From the IMG/VR virus record IMGVR_UViG_3300007539_004938, positions 12,255-76,254 of that record: a stretch of 64,000 nucleotides of DNA. One strand, 5' to 3'. Origin of the DNA: a virus. This document shows positions 1 to 8,257 of this stretch, piece by piece (the first letter of the stretch is position 1; each line of letters starts with the position of its first letter). Below the pieces are notes generated by a model. That model saw only the letters and a program-made list of their open reading frames with translations. It was not told the DNA's origin and did not search any database. A program made the position numbers and the translations under genes.

Positions 1-119
1 ATAATAATTTCTTTTGTTTGTGGATTATCAATACATTTCATTACTTGTTCAGGTGTATTAGGTCCCCAAGCATAAAAAACATGTGTTCCATTATTTTGAT
101 GGTATTTTAACTCATACAT
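1..119 (-). CDS. Hypothetical protein, 5' part (MYELKYHQNNGTHVFYAWGPNTPEQ...), runs off the window edge
   Basis: Manually translated open frame from ATG at 119-117 to base 1; preceded by a TAAGTA late-promoter-like motif at 130-125. Confidence 0.6.
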   Translation of the reverse strand, partial: MYELKYHQNNGTHVFYAWGPNTPEQVMKCIDNPQTKEII

Positions 120-130
120 AAATATACTTA
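119..130. promoter_or_regulatory. Bidirectional T4-type late promoter pair: TAAATA (+, 119-124) and TAAGTA (-, 130-125)
   Basis: CAT-AAATATACTT-ATG; each hexamer lies 5 nt upstream of an ATG on its own strand, with no room for a Shine-Dalgarno. Confidence 0.6.
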
Positions 131-732
131 TGTTTGAAATAGTTAATGAGTTTGAAAATGCGATTGCAGACTTTTTTGGAGCGCCGTGTGCAGTAAGCAC
201 AGACTGTTGTACTCATGCTATAGAGTTATGTTTACGGTATAAAAAAATCAAAAAAACCACTGTTCCAAACCATACATACCTAAGTATTCCTTTAACTCTT
301 AAAAAACTAGATATAAGTTTTAGTTTTAACAGAGAGCAATGGACTGAGTATTATAAACTATCAAACACTAATATTATTGATGCTGCTACACTTTGGAGGC
401 AAAATAGTTATATTCCTGGCACACTTATGTGTATAAGTTTTCAATACAAAAAACATTTAAGTTTAGGTAGAGCAGGCATGATATTATGCGATAATGTAGT
501 AGATTGTGCGAACTTATTAAAAATGGGATATGACGGTAGACACAGAAATGCTCCTTGGCCTGAACAAAAAATAACTAGTATGGGATACCATTACTACTTA
601 ACTCCAGAAACTGCACAACTTGGGTTAGACAAACTGCCAGATGCTATACAACGTACTCCAAAAATTTGGTCTTGGAAAGATTATCCTGATATATCAAATA
701 ACTATATCTTCAAGGATATACCTGTTTCTTGA
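130..732 (+). CDS. DegT/DnrJ/EryC1/StrS-family PLP-dependent aminotransferase (short form)
   Basis: FE..IADFFG...AVSTDCCTHAIELCL N-terminus, IIDAA (PLP-binding Asp), SFQYKKHLSLGRAGMIL (PLP Lys region), GYHYYL. Confidence 0.85.
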   Translation: MFEIVNEFENAIADFFGAPCAVSTDCCTHAIELCLRYKKIKKTTVPNHTYLSIPLTLKKLDISFSFNREQWTEYYKLSNTNIIDAATLWRQNSYIPGTLMCISFQYKKHLSLGRAGMILCDNVVDCANLLKMGYDGRHRNAPWPEQKITSMGYHYYLTPETAQLGLDKLPDAIQRTPKIWSWKDYPDISNNYIFKDIPVS

Positions 733-1503
733 ATATTTTTTTAAATCTTTGAAGTCAGATCTCAAATACAAGTTGTTATGTATATAATTATAAACTGGGT
801 CAAGATTTGTTACTATATCATTTTCTATAACAAAATCTTCAATCATGTTTGAAAATAAAGTAAATCTGTCAAGTGTTTTTTCTCTTATTTTCCATCCCAG
901 TGACGGATAAATCCAATCTTTGACTTTTTGCATATGGCCTTTTATATCAGGATGACTATCTTGTAATTTTCCAAACGGTAAGTTAGTTTCAAACATATGC
1001 CAACTGATTTCTGGAAGTTCTTTTTCATAAAAATGCTTTAACATGTCCCATTGTTCAGAATGATCAAAAAATATAGCTGCCTCATTTGTATAAGGTGTAA
1101 AGCTGTGTCCTTGCCATATAATATTATCTTTATACAGTTTATTTACATATATAATTGACGTCATATTTTTAACTAAATCGTTTTGCATACTCCAATGATT
1201 TGTTAGCCATGTTCTATTATTGTAAGGACTACCTGTGTTAAAAACACTTCCATGAGCTTTCCACATTCCATTGTCAAATCTATCCTCACGACTAAAACTA
1301 CTCCACAATATCATTATTTTATCGTCTGGTGTAAACTTGTGTTTTATATCAGCTTCGAGTATTCTGTGTTGTATTCCTACATTACCTAAGCCTGCTAAAC
1401 CAAAATTGTAAAGTTCTAACTCTTTATCATATGCAATAATGTTTGCCCATGTTGGCCACATGTAACTTGTAAAACTACAACCAAAAGTGAATAATCTACT
1501 CAT
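694..1503 (-). CDS. SGNH/GDSL-like hydrolase or acyltransferase
   Basis: Block I LFTFGCSFT, block II NFGLAGLGN, block V DSHP. Confidence 0.65.
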   Translation of the reverse strand: MSRLFTFGCSFTSYMWPTWANIIAYDKELELYNFGLAGLGNVGIQHRILEADIKHKFTPDDKIMILWSSFSREDRFDNGMWKAHGSVFNTGSPYNNRTWLTNHWSMQNDLVKNMTSIIYVNKLYKDNIIWQGHSFTPYTNEAAIFFDHSEQWDMLKHFYEKELPEISWHMFETNLPFGKLQDSHPDIKGHMQKVKDWIYPSLGWKIREKTLDRFTLFSNMIEDFVIENDIVTNLDPVYNYIHNNLYLRSDFKDLKKYSRNRYILEDIVI

Positions 1504-1513
1504 ATAATGTCCT

Positions 1514-1536
1514 TAAATATAGTATGAATATTTATA
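1514..1536. promoter_or_regulatory. Late promoters: TAAATA (+, 1514-1519) 4 nt before ATG 1524; TATAAATA (-, 1536-1529) upstream of the SGNH gene starting at 1503
   Basis: Match to the T4 gp55-dependent late promoter consensus TATAAATA. Confidence 0.55.
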
Positions 1537-2531
1537 GCTCAAATGAATGGGATCCATTAAAGAAGGTTTTAGTTGGCGTTGCAGACTACTGCCGTATTCC
1601 TGAAATGGACAAAAGTCTACGTTGTATAAACTATGCAGATAGACAGGATGTAAGTGATGTAAAGGCTGGTCTATATCCTGATCAAGTTGTTGAAGAAAGC
1701 AACGAAGATTTAGATAAGTTTGTTGCTTTTCTCGAAGGCGAAGGCGTTGAAGTTGTTAGACCTAAACGTACACCTGATGTTGAATACTACAACTATTGTC
1801 CTCGTGATACTGTATTTGTTCATAAAAAAGGATTTCTTGCAACGCCGATGAGTTTGCGAGCAAGAAGGAGAGAGTTTCATCATATGCTACCCCACATTGG
1901 AGGCGTAGAACTAAGCCCTCAATATAATAATGACGACCTCTACGATGAAACTTGTGTTGGCGATCCTGATCGACTAGCACTTACTGAAGTAGCGCCTTGC
2001 TTTGATGCTGCTAATGCTATTCGTGCAAATGATGACATTTTGTATCTAGTAAGTAATAGCGGAAACAAAGCAGGTGCTGCCTATTTAGATCAATGGCTCA
2101 ATAAGCCTAGATATGATTTTCAAGAATGGGGTGATAAAAAAGTACATACACTTGAAAATGTTTACAGTTATATGCACATTGATAGCACTATTGCATTTTT
2201 ACGTGAAGGACTATTACTAGCTAATCCAAGTAGAATTAAAAGTAAAGATGTTTTGCCTGGTCCGTTCAAGGATTGGGATATTATTTGGGCGCCGGATCCT
2301 GTTGATGCAGGACATTATCCAGGGCTATGCAACAGTAGTATTTGGACTTGGAATGTAAACTTGTTTAGTGTTAATCCTAATCTAGTTGTATTAGAAGAAC
2401 ATCAAGATCCTACACGTAAAGCACTAGAAGCACACGGTATTGAGTGTGCTATGTTGCCATTGCGTCACGCACGTACATTAGGCGGTTGTTTCCATTGCTG
2501 CACACTAGATCTTATGCGTGAAATCGGGTAA
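1524..2531 (+). CDS. Amidinotransferase (glycine / inosamine-phosphate amidinotransferase family, StrB1-like)
   Basis: NEWDPLKKVLVG, YCPRD, FDAAN (Asp), MHIDST (His), GGCFHCCTLD (catalytic Cys). Confidence 0.9.
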   Translation: MNIYSSNEWDPLKKVLVGVADYCRIPEMDKSLRCINYADRQDVSDVKAGLYPDQVVEESNEDLDKFVAFLEGEGVEVVRPKRTPDVEYYNYCPRDTVFVHKKGFLATPMSLRARRREFHHMLPHIGGVELSPQYNNDDLYDETCVGDPDRLALTEVAPCFDAANAIRANDDILYLVSNSGNKAGAAYLDQWLNKPRYDFQEWGDKKVHTLENVYSYMHIDSTIAFLREGLLLANPSRIKSKDVLPGPFKDWDIIWAPDPVDAGHYPGLCNSSIWTWNVNLFSVNPNLVVLEEHQDPTRKALEAHGIECAMLPLRHARTLGGCFHCCTLDLMREIG

Positions 2532-3293
2532 CGAAAGCAAGCCTTTTAACTTTTCTACAGTTTCTTGATGCCATTCTTTTCCGTCATGCATCATGTCTCT
2601 TGCTTTCATAGATCCATTTTTACATCTAATAACCCATAATCTATATGGACTATTTAATATACGTTCATGATCCATTTCCCATGAAAAATTTAAAACAGGA
2701 ACATTCATGCTTTTCCACAATAAGTTAAAATGATCAAACCATAATCTATTAGCAAAATGTAGCTCACCGTAGTCCATGATATATCTTTTTCTATACCAAG
2801 TTCCGTCTATATCTCTCGATTCTGCACGATCAGTGAACCGATAATCATTGTTATTGTGATAGATAAAACTTTTGCGTGTATGTGCTGGCCATTGTACTAT
2901 AACAATTTTAGGAATAGGAAAGTTATTTTTAATCCATTGTGATGCTTGATAGCACTGAATATCACAACCGGTACCTTGATTTGCTGCATTATACACATCG
3001 GTTTCTAAATATTTTGATATTTTCCAAGACCAAGTTTGATCGTGGTGTAATCCTACACCTTCGGTATAACTACATCCAAATGTTAAAACAAAATCATGAG
3101 ACAAATCGGCAACCGATTTTGTTCTGTGTCCATATTCGTTAAATTTATATTCAATATTTACACCAGCCCATTCCCAACTAGGATTTCGTTTACATTCTCT
3201 GTAATAATCGTCTTGTTCTCGTTGAGACATAAACTTCATAGTTTTGTTTATTCTTTCTGGATTAATAAGTAAACCGTTATCGTGTAACTCCAT
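2505..3293 (-). CDS. SGNH/GDSL-like protein
   Basis: YKFNEYGHR, LTFGCSYTEGVG, NAANQGTG, ARDMMHDG. Confidence 0.65.
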   Translation of the reverse strand: MELHDNGLLINPERINKTMKFMSQREQDDYYRECKRNPSWEWAGVNIEYKFNEYGHRTKSVADLSHDFVLTFGCSYTEGVGLHHDQTWSWKISKYLETDVYNAANQGTGCDIQCYQASQWIKNNFPIPKIVIVQWPAHTRKSFIYHNNNDYRFTDRAESRDIDGTWYRKRYIMDYGELHFANRLWFDHFNLLWKSMNVPVLNFSWEMDHERILNSPYRLWVIRCKNGSMKARDMMHDGKEWHQETVEKLKGLLSLPDFTHKI

Positions 3294-3303
3294 TTGATGT
3301 TCC

Positions 3304-3324
3304 TATAAATATCTAATATATTTA
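3304..3324. promoter_or_regulatory. Face-to-face late promoters: TATAAATA (+, 3304-3311) and TAAATA (-, 3324-3319)
   Basis: Consensus matches in the 51-bp gap between divergent genes 3293(-) and 3345(+); both genes have an AGGA Shine-Dalgarno. Confidence 0.55.
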
Positions 3325-3344
3325 ATGTTAAAGGACTTTATATT

Positions 3345-4676
3345 TTGACAAACTGGTTTATGGGCATCTATTTTAGACCAAAAAATAATCTTTTACCCGA
3401 ACTTATATCAGAAACAGGCACAAGAAGACCTATGACAGATATCAGTACCATAGATCAACTTGTTGATTTAATCAGAGAATCTAATATTACTGATTCTACT
3501 CATCCTATTGCAGTGTTTAATGGCACTCATACTATAGATCATTTAGATAGTTTATTGATTTCAGAACAACACAAAAAGATTTTGCAAGAAAAAACAATCG
3601 GATTTTATTTTTATGAACCTTTGACACATTACAAATATAATCCTAATGGACATAAACAACCACACATTTTAAAAATAGATAACGCACCCGAAGAACTTAA
3701 AGACATTAGAGCATATGAACTAGATAGTCTAAACGAATGGGCAACTAAACACAATTTTAACAACGTAAATGTTTATTGTACAGATTACAAATGTTGGGAG
3801 TATTATCAACCTAAATATCCTAATATAAAACTACTATCTATGGACTTATTTGTAGAATGGTGGACATGTCATGTTAAGTTAAGAGATAGAAAAAACTTTA
3901 TACAAAATCGAGAAGAAATGCCTCCGGAGTTTTTTCCTGAAAAAATAGTAAAAAAGTTTTGGAGTGGAGCATGGAGATATGATCCAAGCAGACATTTTAT
4001 CACAGCATTTTTAGCAGGCAAAAATATGCTAGATACAAATCATGTTAGTTTTTATTATGGCATGTCAAACGAGGATATGAAAAGAAGAATGTGGTTTCCT
4101 TGGAAAGAGTTTGAGTTACGACATCCTGCACTGTCTAATATTTTACTCGAAGGTAATACAATTTTACAAGAAAAAGTTCCTTTAAGTTTTGCAGTTAACA
4201 ATCCTGCTAAAAAAGGAGCAAATGATAGTATTGAGCCTGAGGATAGTGGCTTAAACGCAAGAACTACGCACGATCCAACAGATACCTATTTTGAAAGTTT
4301 TTGTGCTATTGTTCAAGAAAGCAGAGTTACACAACCGTGGCCTAACATTAGCGAAAAAACTCTAAACGCAATAAAAAGTTATAGACCGTTTTTACTTTGT
4401 GGAGCACCTGGTGTTTTACAAATGCTAAAAGACATGGGCTTTAAAACATTTGACAAATACTGGCCAGAAGATTATGACGATATAATATCAAATAAAGATA
4501 GACTTGCACGTATTTGCGAAATAATAGAATACATTGATAGTTTTACAATAGAAGAAATGAAACTAATGTATCAAGACATGGAAGAGATCCTTATACACAA
4601 TCATAACAACATAAAGTCAATACCAAACTTTTATGTTAAAATAAATGAACAACTAGGTGAAATAATCATTGAATAG
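3345..4676 (+). CDS. Glycosyltransferase, GT10 / alpha-1,3-fucosyltransferase-like C-terminal domain
   Basis: YFESFCAIVQES...ISEKTLNAIKSYRPFLLCG...LKDMGFKTF resembles the GT10 nucleotide-sugar binding motif (F..EN...TEK...A....P...G); TTG start. Confidence 0.6.
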   Translation: MTNWFMGIYFRPKNNLLPELISETGTRRPMTDISTIDQLVDLIRESNITDSTHPIAVFNGTHTIDHLDSLLISEQHKKILQEKTIGFYFYEPLTHYKYNPNGHKQPHILKIDNAPEELKDIRAYELDSLNEWATKHNFNNVNVYCTDYKCWEYYQPKYPNIKLLSMDLFVEWWTCHVKLRDRKNFIQNREEMPPEFFPEKIVKKFWSGAWRYDPSRHFITAFLAGKNMLDTNHVSFYYGMSNEDMKRRMWFPWKEFELRHPALSNILLEGNTILQEKVPLSFAVNNPAKKGANDSIEPEDSGLNARTTHDPTDTYFESFCAIVQESRVTQPWPNISEKTLNAIKSYRPFLLCGAPGVLQMLKDMGFKTFDKYWPEDYDDIISNKDRLARICEIIEYIDSFTIEEMKLMYQDMEEILIHNHNNIKSIPNFYVKINEQLGEIIIE

Positions 4677-5411
4677 TTTATCTGCCCAATATTCGTGTGC
4701 ATCTTCTTTATGATGCCAAAATTTTTGTCCAGATATATCAAAGCCTTTATCTTTACAATGTTCCCAAAAACTTTCTTCTGGGTTATCAAAGTTTTTAAAC
4801 CTATTTCTATCTATTTTATTTCTGTAAAACTGATATCTACCTCCGTTTTTACATGCTTGAAATGCATTTGCAAAAATAAAGGGCGCTTCTATATTTTTGA
4901 TAATAGTTTGTGTTTGTATAATATTTAAATATCTTTTTACATACCAATGAGTACTACTGTAAAATAAATGTTTCCTTAATACCTTTTGATTATTATCAAA
5001 CTTTTTTGGAAACAGTTTACTAGAATGATCATGATGTACATGTCCAGCCTGTTTATCTGGAACATAATCTACAAAATCGTATACATCATTTAAACTATCA
5101 TCAGGTGTATCATAAAACATTTCTGTTCTATGTTCACCTGTCCAATGTATTAAAAACAAGGTATTTTTTGCACGTCGAGGATTATCTAGTATATAAAATA
5201 AAGTTGTTCTAGCTATGTAATCATTACTAGCACCAGGTACACTTAAATCTGTTTTATCTACACCTAATCTATTTGCTAGTTTAGCACCAAAAGATCGTTT
5301 TCTGTTTTCAGGATGGTCTCCTAATCCACTTCTAAAAATTTCACTTCCGGCTGCATGACTACAACCATTGATTAATATGTTTGTAAATTTGTAGTCAGAC
5401 AAACTGGCCAT
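4653..5411 (-). CDS. SGNH/GDSL-like protein
   Basis: ILINGCSHAAG, DLSVPGASNDYI, C-terminal WHHKEDAHEYWA. Confidence 0.65.
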   Translation of the reverse strand: MASLSDYKFTNILINGCSHAAGSEIFRSGLGDHPENRKRSFGAKLANRLGVDKTDLSVPGASNDYIARTTLFYILDNPRRAKNTLFLIHWTGEHRTEMFYDTPDDSLNDVYDFVDYVPDKQAGHVHHDHSSKLFPKKFDNNQKVLRKHLFYSSTHWYVKRYLNIIQTQTIIKNIEAPFIFANAFQACKNGGRYQFYRNKIDRNRFKNFDNPEESFWEHCKDKGFDISGQKFWHHKEDAHEYWADKLFNDYFT

Positions 5412-6022
5412 TCTCCTCTATTATTTTTAATAACTTCAATATACATATCTTTGAGATTTACTAATCCGTCAGTTGTATGTCTTTCATAATAAAACTTGTT
5501 GATATTACCTAAAATAACTTCAATTTTATCCATGTGGATATAAGGAGAGTTTAAACTAGCACATGCATAAAAATCATGTATGCGTACATTATCATTATCA
5601 TCTAAATATGCATTATGAGGATAAAAGTTCATTTTAATCATATTATGTTTTTCTAATGCATCGAGAACATCATTTACTTTATTTGTGTAATCATTCTTCC
5701 ATTTGGCTTTTTCTATTAAATGATTTAAACTTGTATCATACCATTTGAAAAATATCAGTTGTTTCTTTTTATCGATATCAATAATCTCTGGAGCAAACTT
5801 TTCTTTTTGAACATGCTCTAGCCATTTGCATTCATTTTCAAAAAAGAAATCGATATGTGCTTGGGTATATCCTGCTCTATCAAAAAAGTATCTGCGATCA
5901 TATTGATATTGCATACAAAATATGCTTTTATTTGGACTAATGCGAGGAACATAAACAATGTTAGGACGTACCATTCCTCTGTTTTGATACTTATAAAATA
6001 TTTGCCATTCTTCTATATTCAT
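5372..6022 (-). CDS. Protein kinase-like / phosphotransferase-fold protein (atypical catalytic loop)
   Basis: FENECKWL (alpha-C Glu), APEIIDID, KMNFYPHN (catalytic loop), IHDFY (DFG equivalent). Confidence 0.55.
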   Translation of the reverse strand: MNIEEWQIFYKYQNRGMVRPNIVYVPRISPNKSIFCMQYQYDRRYFFDRAGYTQAHIDFFFENECKWLEHVQKEKFAPEIIDIDKKKQLIFFKWYDTSLNHLIEKAKWKNDYTNKVNDVLDALEKHNMIKMNFYPHNAYLDDNDNVRIHDFYACASLNSPYIHMDKIEVILGNINKFYYERHTTDGLVNLKDMYIEVIKNNRGEWPVCLTTNLQTY

Positions 6023-6981
6023 AATCGTTCTTTTGGTATAATAATATCAGTTCCGCAATGACAATGCTCTTTACTACATATAACAGGTCTTGTAGTAAAT
6101 TGCAAGTCTTTATCTAAAATATTTCCATGATTTCTTCCAACACCGCAACTTGCACTTGATATTTCTCCTCTTGGATTAATAAAAAGAGCATCATCTACAA
6201 AACATTTCCAGCCTTTAAAAAAGTTTTGTCGGGCAGCAATAATCTTGTTACTGTTAATAGGTTCAATAGTATCAGTATAATGTGCCATGCTTACAGCTTT
6301 GTTTGGATTGTAAGGCTTGGGAAGTTTTTCAACAGTTTCAAACTGTGCTTCTTCTAAAAACTTTACTTTTTCAGGATCACTGTACTCCCAAGGTCCTGCA
6401 TTCACACTCATTTCATCAAACAGAGGTGTCCATTCTAAGTTATAGTTTGGTACTTCTTCTCTTACCCGATTTCCAAACTCAACAATCTCCCAAAAGCGTT
6501 CTTCGTGCATCAGCATTTTTGTACACAAATAGTTTACTTTGTCGCACAAAAACTTTGCGTTTTCAATATACCTTTCTTTCTTACTAAACTCTACATGAAA
6601 ACTTGCAACAATGTCATTAAACAAATGATAATGTTGCTCCCAATATTTTTTTGGTCTACTAAGATTTGTGTTTACACTAACTGTTAAACTATCACCTAAC
6701 CAATCTTTTAGGTATTCTGTAAGAGGAATAAAGTTTTCCCAATGTGTTGGTTCTCCTCCGCTGTAGAATATTTTAAAATATTTGTATCCTTTGTCTTGGT
6801 AAGTTTTAAAAATCTTTGTTACATTTTCAATATATTGATCTAGGTTACCATTATTTCTAACATCTCCTGCCCAGTTACCTGGATTGCAATAAGTACACTG
6901 AAAGTTACAAAAGTTGTTTACTTGCCAAGTAATACAAGCATACGGTTCTGCCATAGGTGTAATTTTTAGTAACTTAGACAT
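6019..6981 (-). CDS. Radical SAM protein with C-terminal twitch/SPASM-like Cys cluster
   Basis: CNFQCTYC, SGGEPT, NTNLS; C-terminal C..INPRG.ISSASC...CSKEHCHC. Confidence 0.9.
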   Translation of the reverse strand: MSKLLKITPMAEPYACITWQVNNFCNFQCTYCNPGNWAGDVRNNGNLDQYIENVTKIFKTYQDKGYKYFKIFYSGGEPTHWENFIPLTEYLKDWLGDSLTVSVNTNLSRPKKYWEQHYHLFNDIVASFHVEFSKKERYIENAKFLCDKVNYLCTKMLMHEERFWEIVEFGNRVREEVPNYNLEWTPLFDEMSVNAGPWEYSDPEKVKFLEEAQFETVEKLPKPYNPNKAVSMAHYTDTIEPINSNKIIAARQNFFKGWKCFVDDALFINPRGEISSASCGVGRNHGNILDKDLQFTTRPVICSKEHCHCGTDIIIPKERL

Positions 6982-8257
6982 AGTTTCTTAACCATTCCAT
7001 TTCAGGAAATGTGCTCCAAAAATCTTCTCCACGATATTGATCTAATCTATGATTATTGTCAAAAAACTGCTTTAGTTTTGATTCATTTAAAGTTCCAGCG
7101 TTGAAGAACTGAATAACACTATCAATCTTTCCAATAACATCTTTGATTATCTCAGGCTTAGCCATTGCTCGATCTTTAATTTTATCAAATGCCCATGCCT
7201 TGTAATCAATATATTTACTTCTTAGTTCTTGTTTATAATGCTCAGGTATATAATCAACTCGCATAAAATCTGGACCAGTTAACATGTTAAGTCTGCAATT
7301 TTCAATATCAACTAAACCACGCTCAACCCAGTCCATGTGAAAGTCTGGCCAGTTCCAAACATTGTACAAACTTATAGTTGGTGTTAATTCGAAATGCACA
7401 TGTGGTACTTCTTCAATCATCTGTAAACGATTACGTTCAATCTGACCCCAATCTGTTCCATGACGACTATATTCTGCTCGTGCGCCGTTGCAATCTAAAC
7501 TTGCACTAACATGTATATCGTTAAACTGCTTCCAATATTCAAGAATACTTTTACGTTTGTACTTAAAATTACTGAAGTTTGTAGTGTAACGTAATGCTAC
7601 ATCAGTTTTATTAGTTTCTAACCATTTATCTAATATCTTATAATGTTCTTCGGTAATAAGTGCTTCGCCGCCTGCAAAATAAACTTCTTCGCAATCCGGC
7701 AAGTATTTTTGTAAATCTTCCCAAAAGTTATTCTTTTTTGCAATATTAATAATAATCTCGCCATCATTATTAAGTATATTTGCAACTTCATGTTTACCAT
7801 ATAGTTCACCGTGTTCTTTAGCATGTAGACTGCTAAGTTCAGGACCACAACTACGACACTTCATGTTACAAATATTACTAAATCTTACATCTAAATATAC
7901 CATACGCATTTCGTCGATACTACCATCGTTGTTAGTTTGCCGCACTAAATCAAAATGTTTATCTCCATACCAATGATTGTGATTTTTACGAAGAGTCCAC
8001 ACATAGGTCCTATCTTCTAACTCGTAACAACGTCTACAACAATCAAGTCTTTCTCCATTTAGCATAGCAAGACGCAGTTCTTTATATCTATCACTGTTCC
8101 ACGCTTCTTCGATACTACTTTGTTTTAAGTTAGCAAAAGGCTGATCGCTGTCTGCAATACAACAAGGCATAACTCTGCCATCAGGCCAGGCATGCATATG
8201 AATCCATGGTAAAATGCAAAATGCTTTGTTTTCTTTTAATAAATGTTCTTTATCCAT
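6974..8257 (-). CDS. Radical SAM protein with N-terminal twitch/SPASM domain
   Basis: CILPW...GRVMPCC...CCRRC, then CNMKCRSC, FAGGE, YTTN, SLD. Confidence 0.9.
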   Translation of the reverse strand: MDKEHLLKENKAFCILPWIHMHAWPDGRVMPCCIADSDQPFANLKQSSIEEAWNSDRYKELRLAMLNGERLDCCRRCYELEDRTYVWTLRKNHNHWYGDKHFDLVRQTNNDGSIDEMRMVYLDVRFSNICNMKCRSCGPELSSLHAKEHGELYGKHEVANILNNDGEIIINIAKKNNFWEDLQKYLPDCEEVYFAGGEALITEEHYKILDKWLETNKTDVALRYTTNFSNFKYKRKSILEYWKQFNDIHVSASLDCNGARAEYSRHGTDWGQIERNRLQMIEEVPHVHFELTPTISLYNVWNWPDFHMDWVERGLVDIENCRLNMLTGPDFMRVDYIPEHYKQELRSKYIDYKAWAFDKIKDRAMAKPEIIKDVIGKIDSVIQFFNAGTLNESKLKQFFDNNHRLDQYRGEDFWSTFPEMEWLRNYV

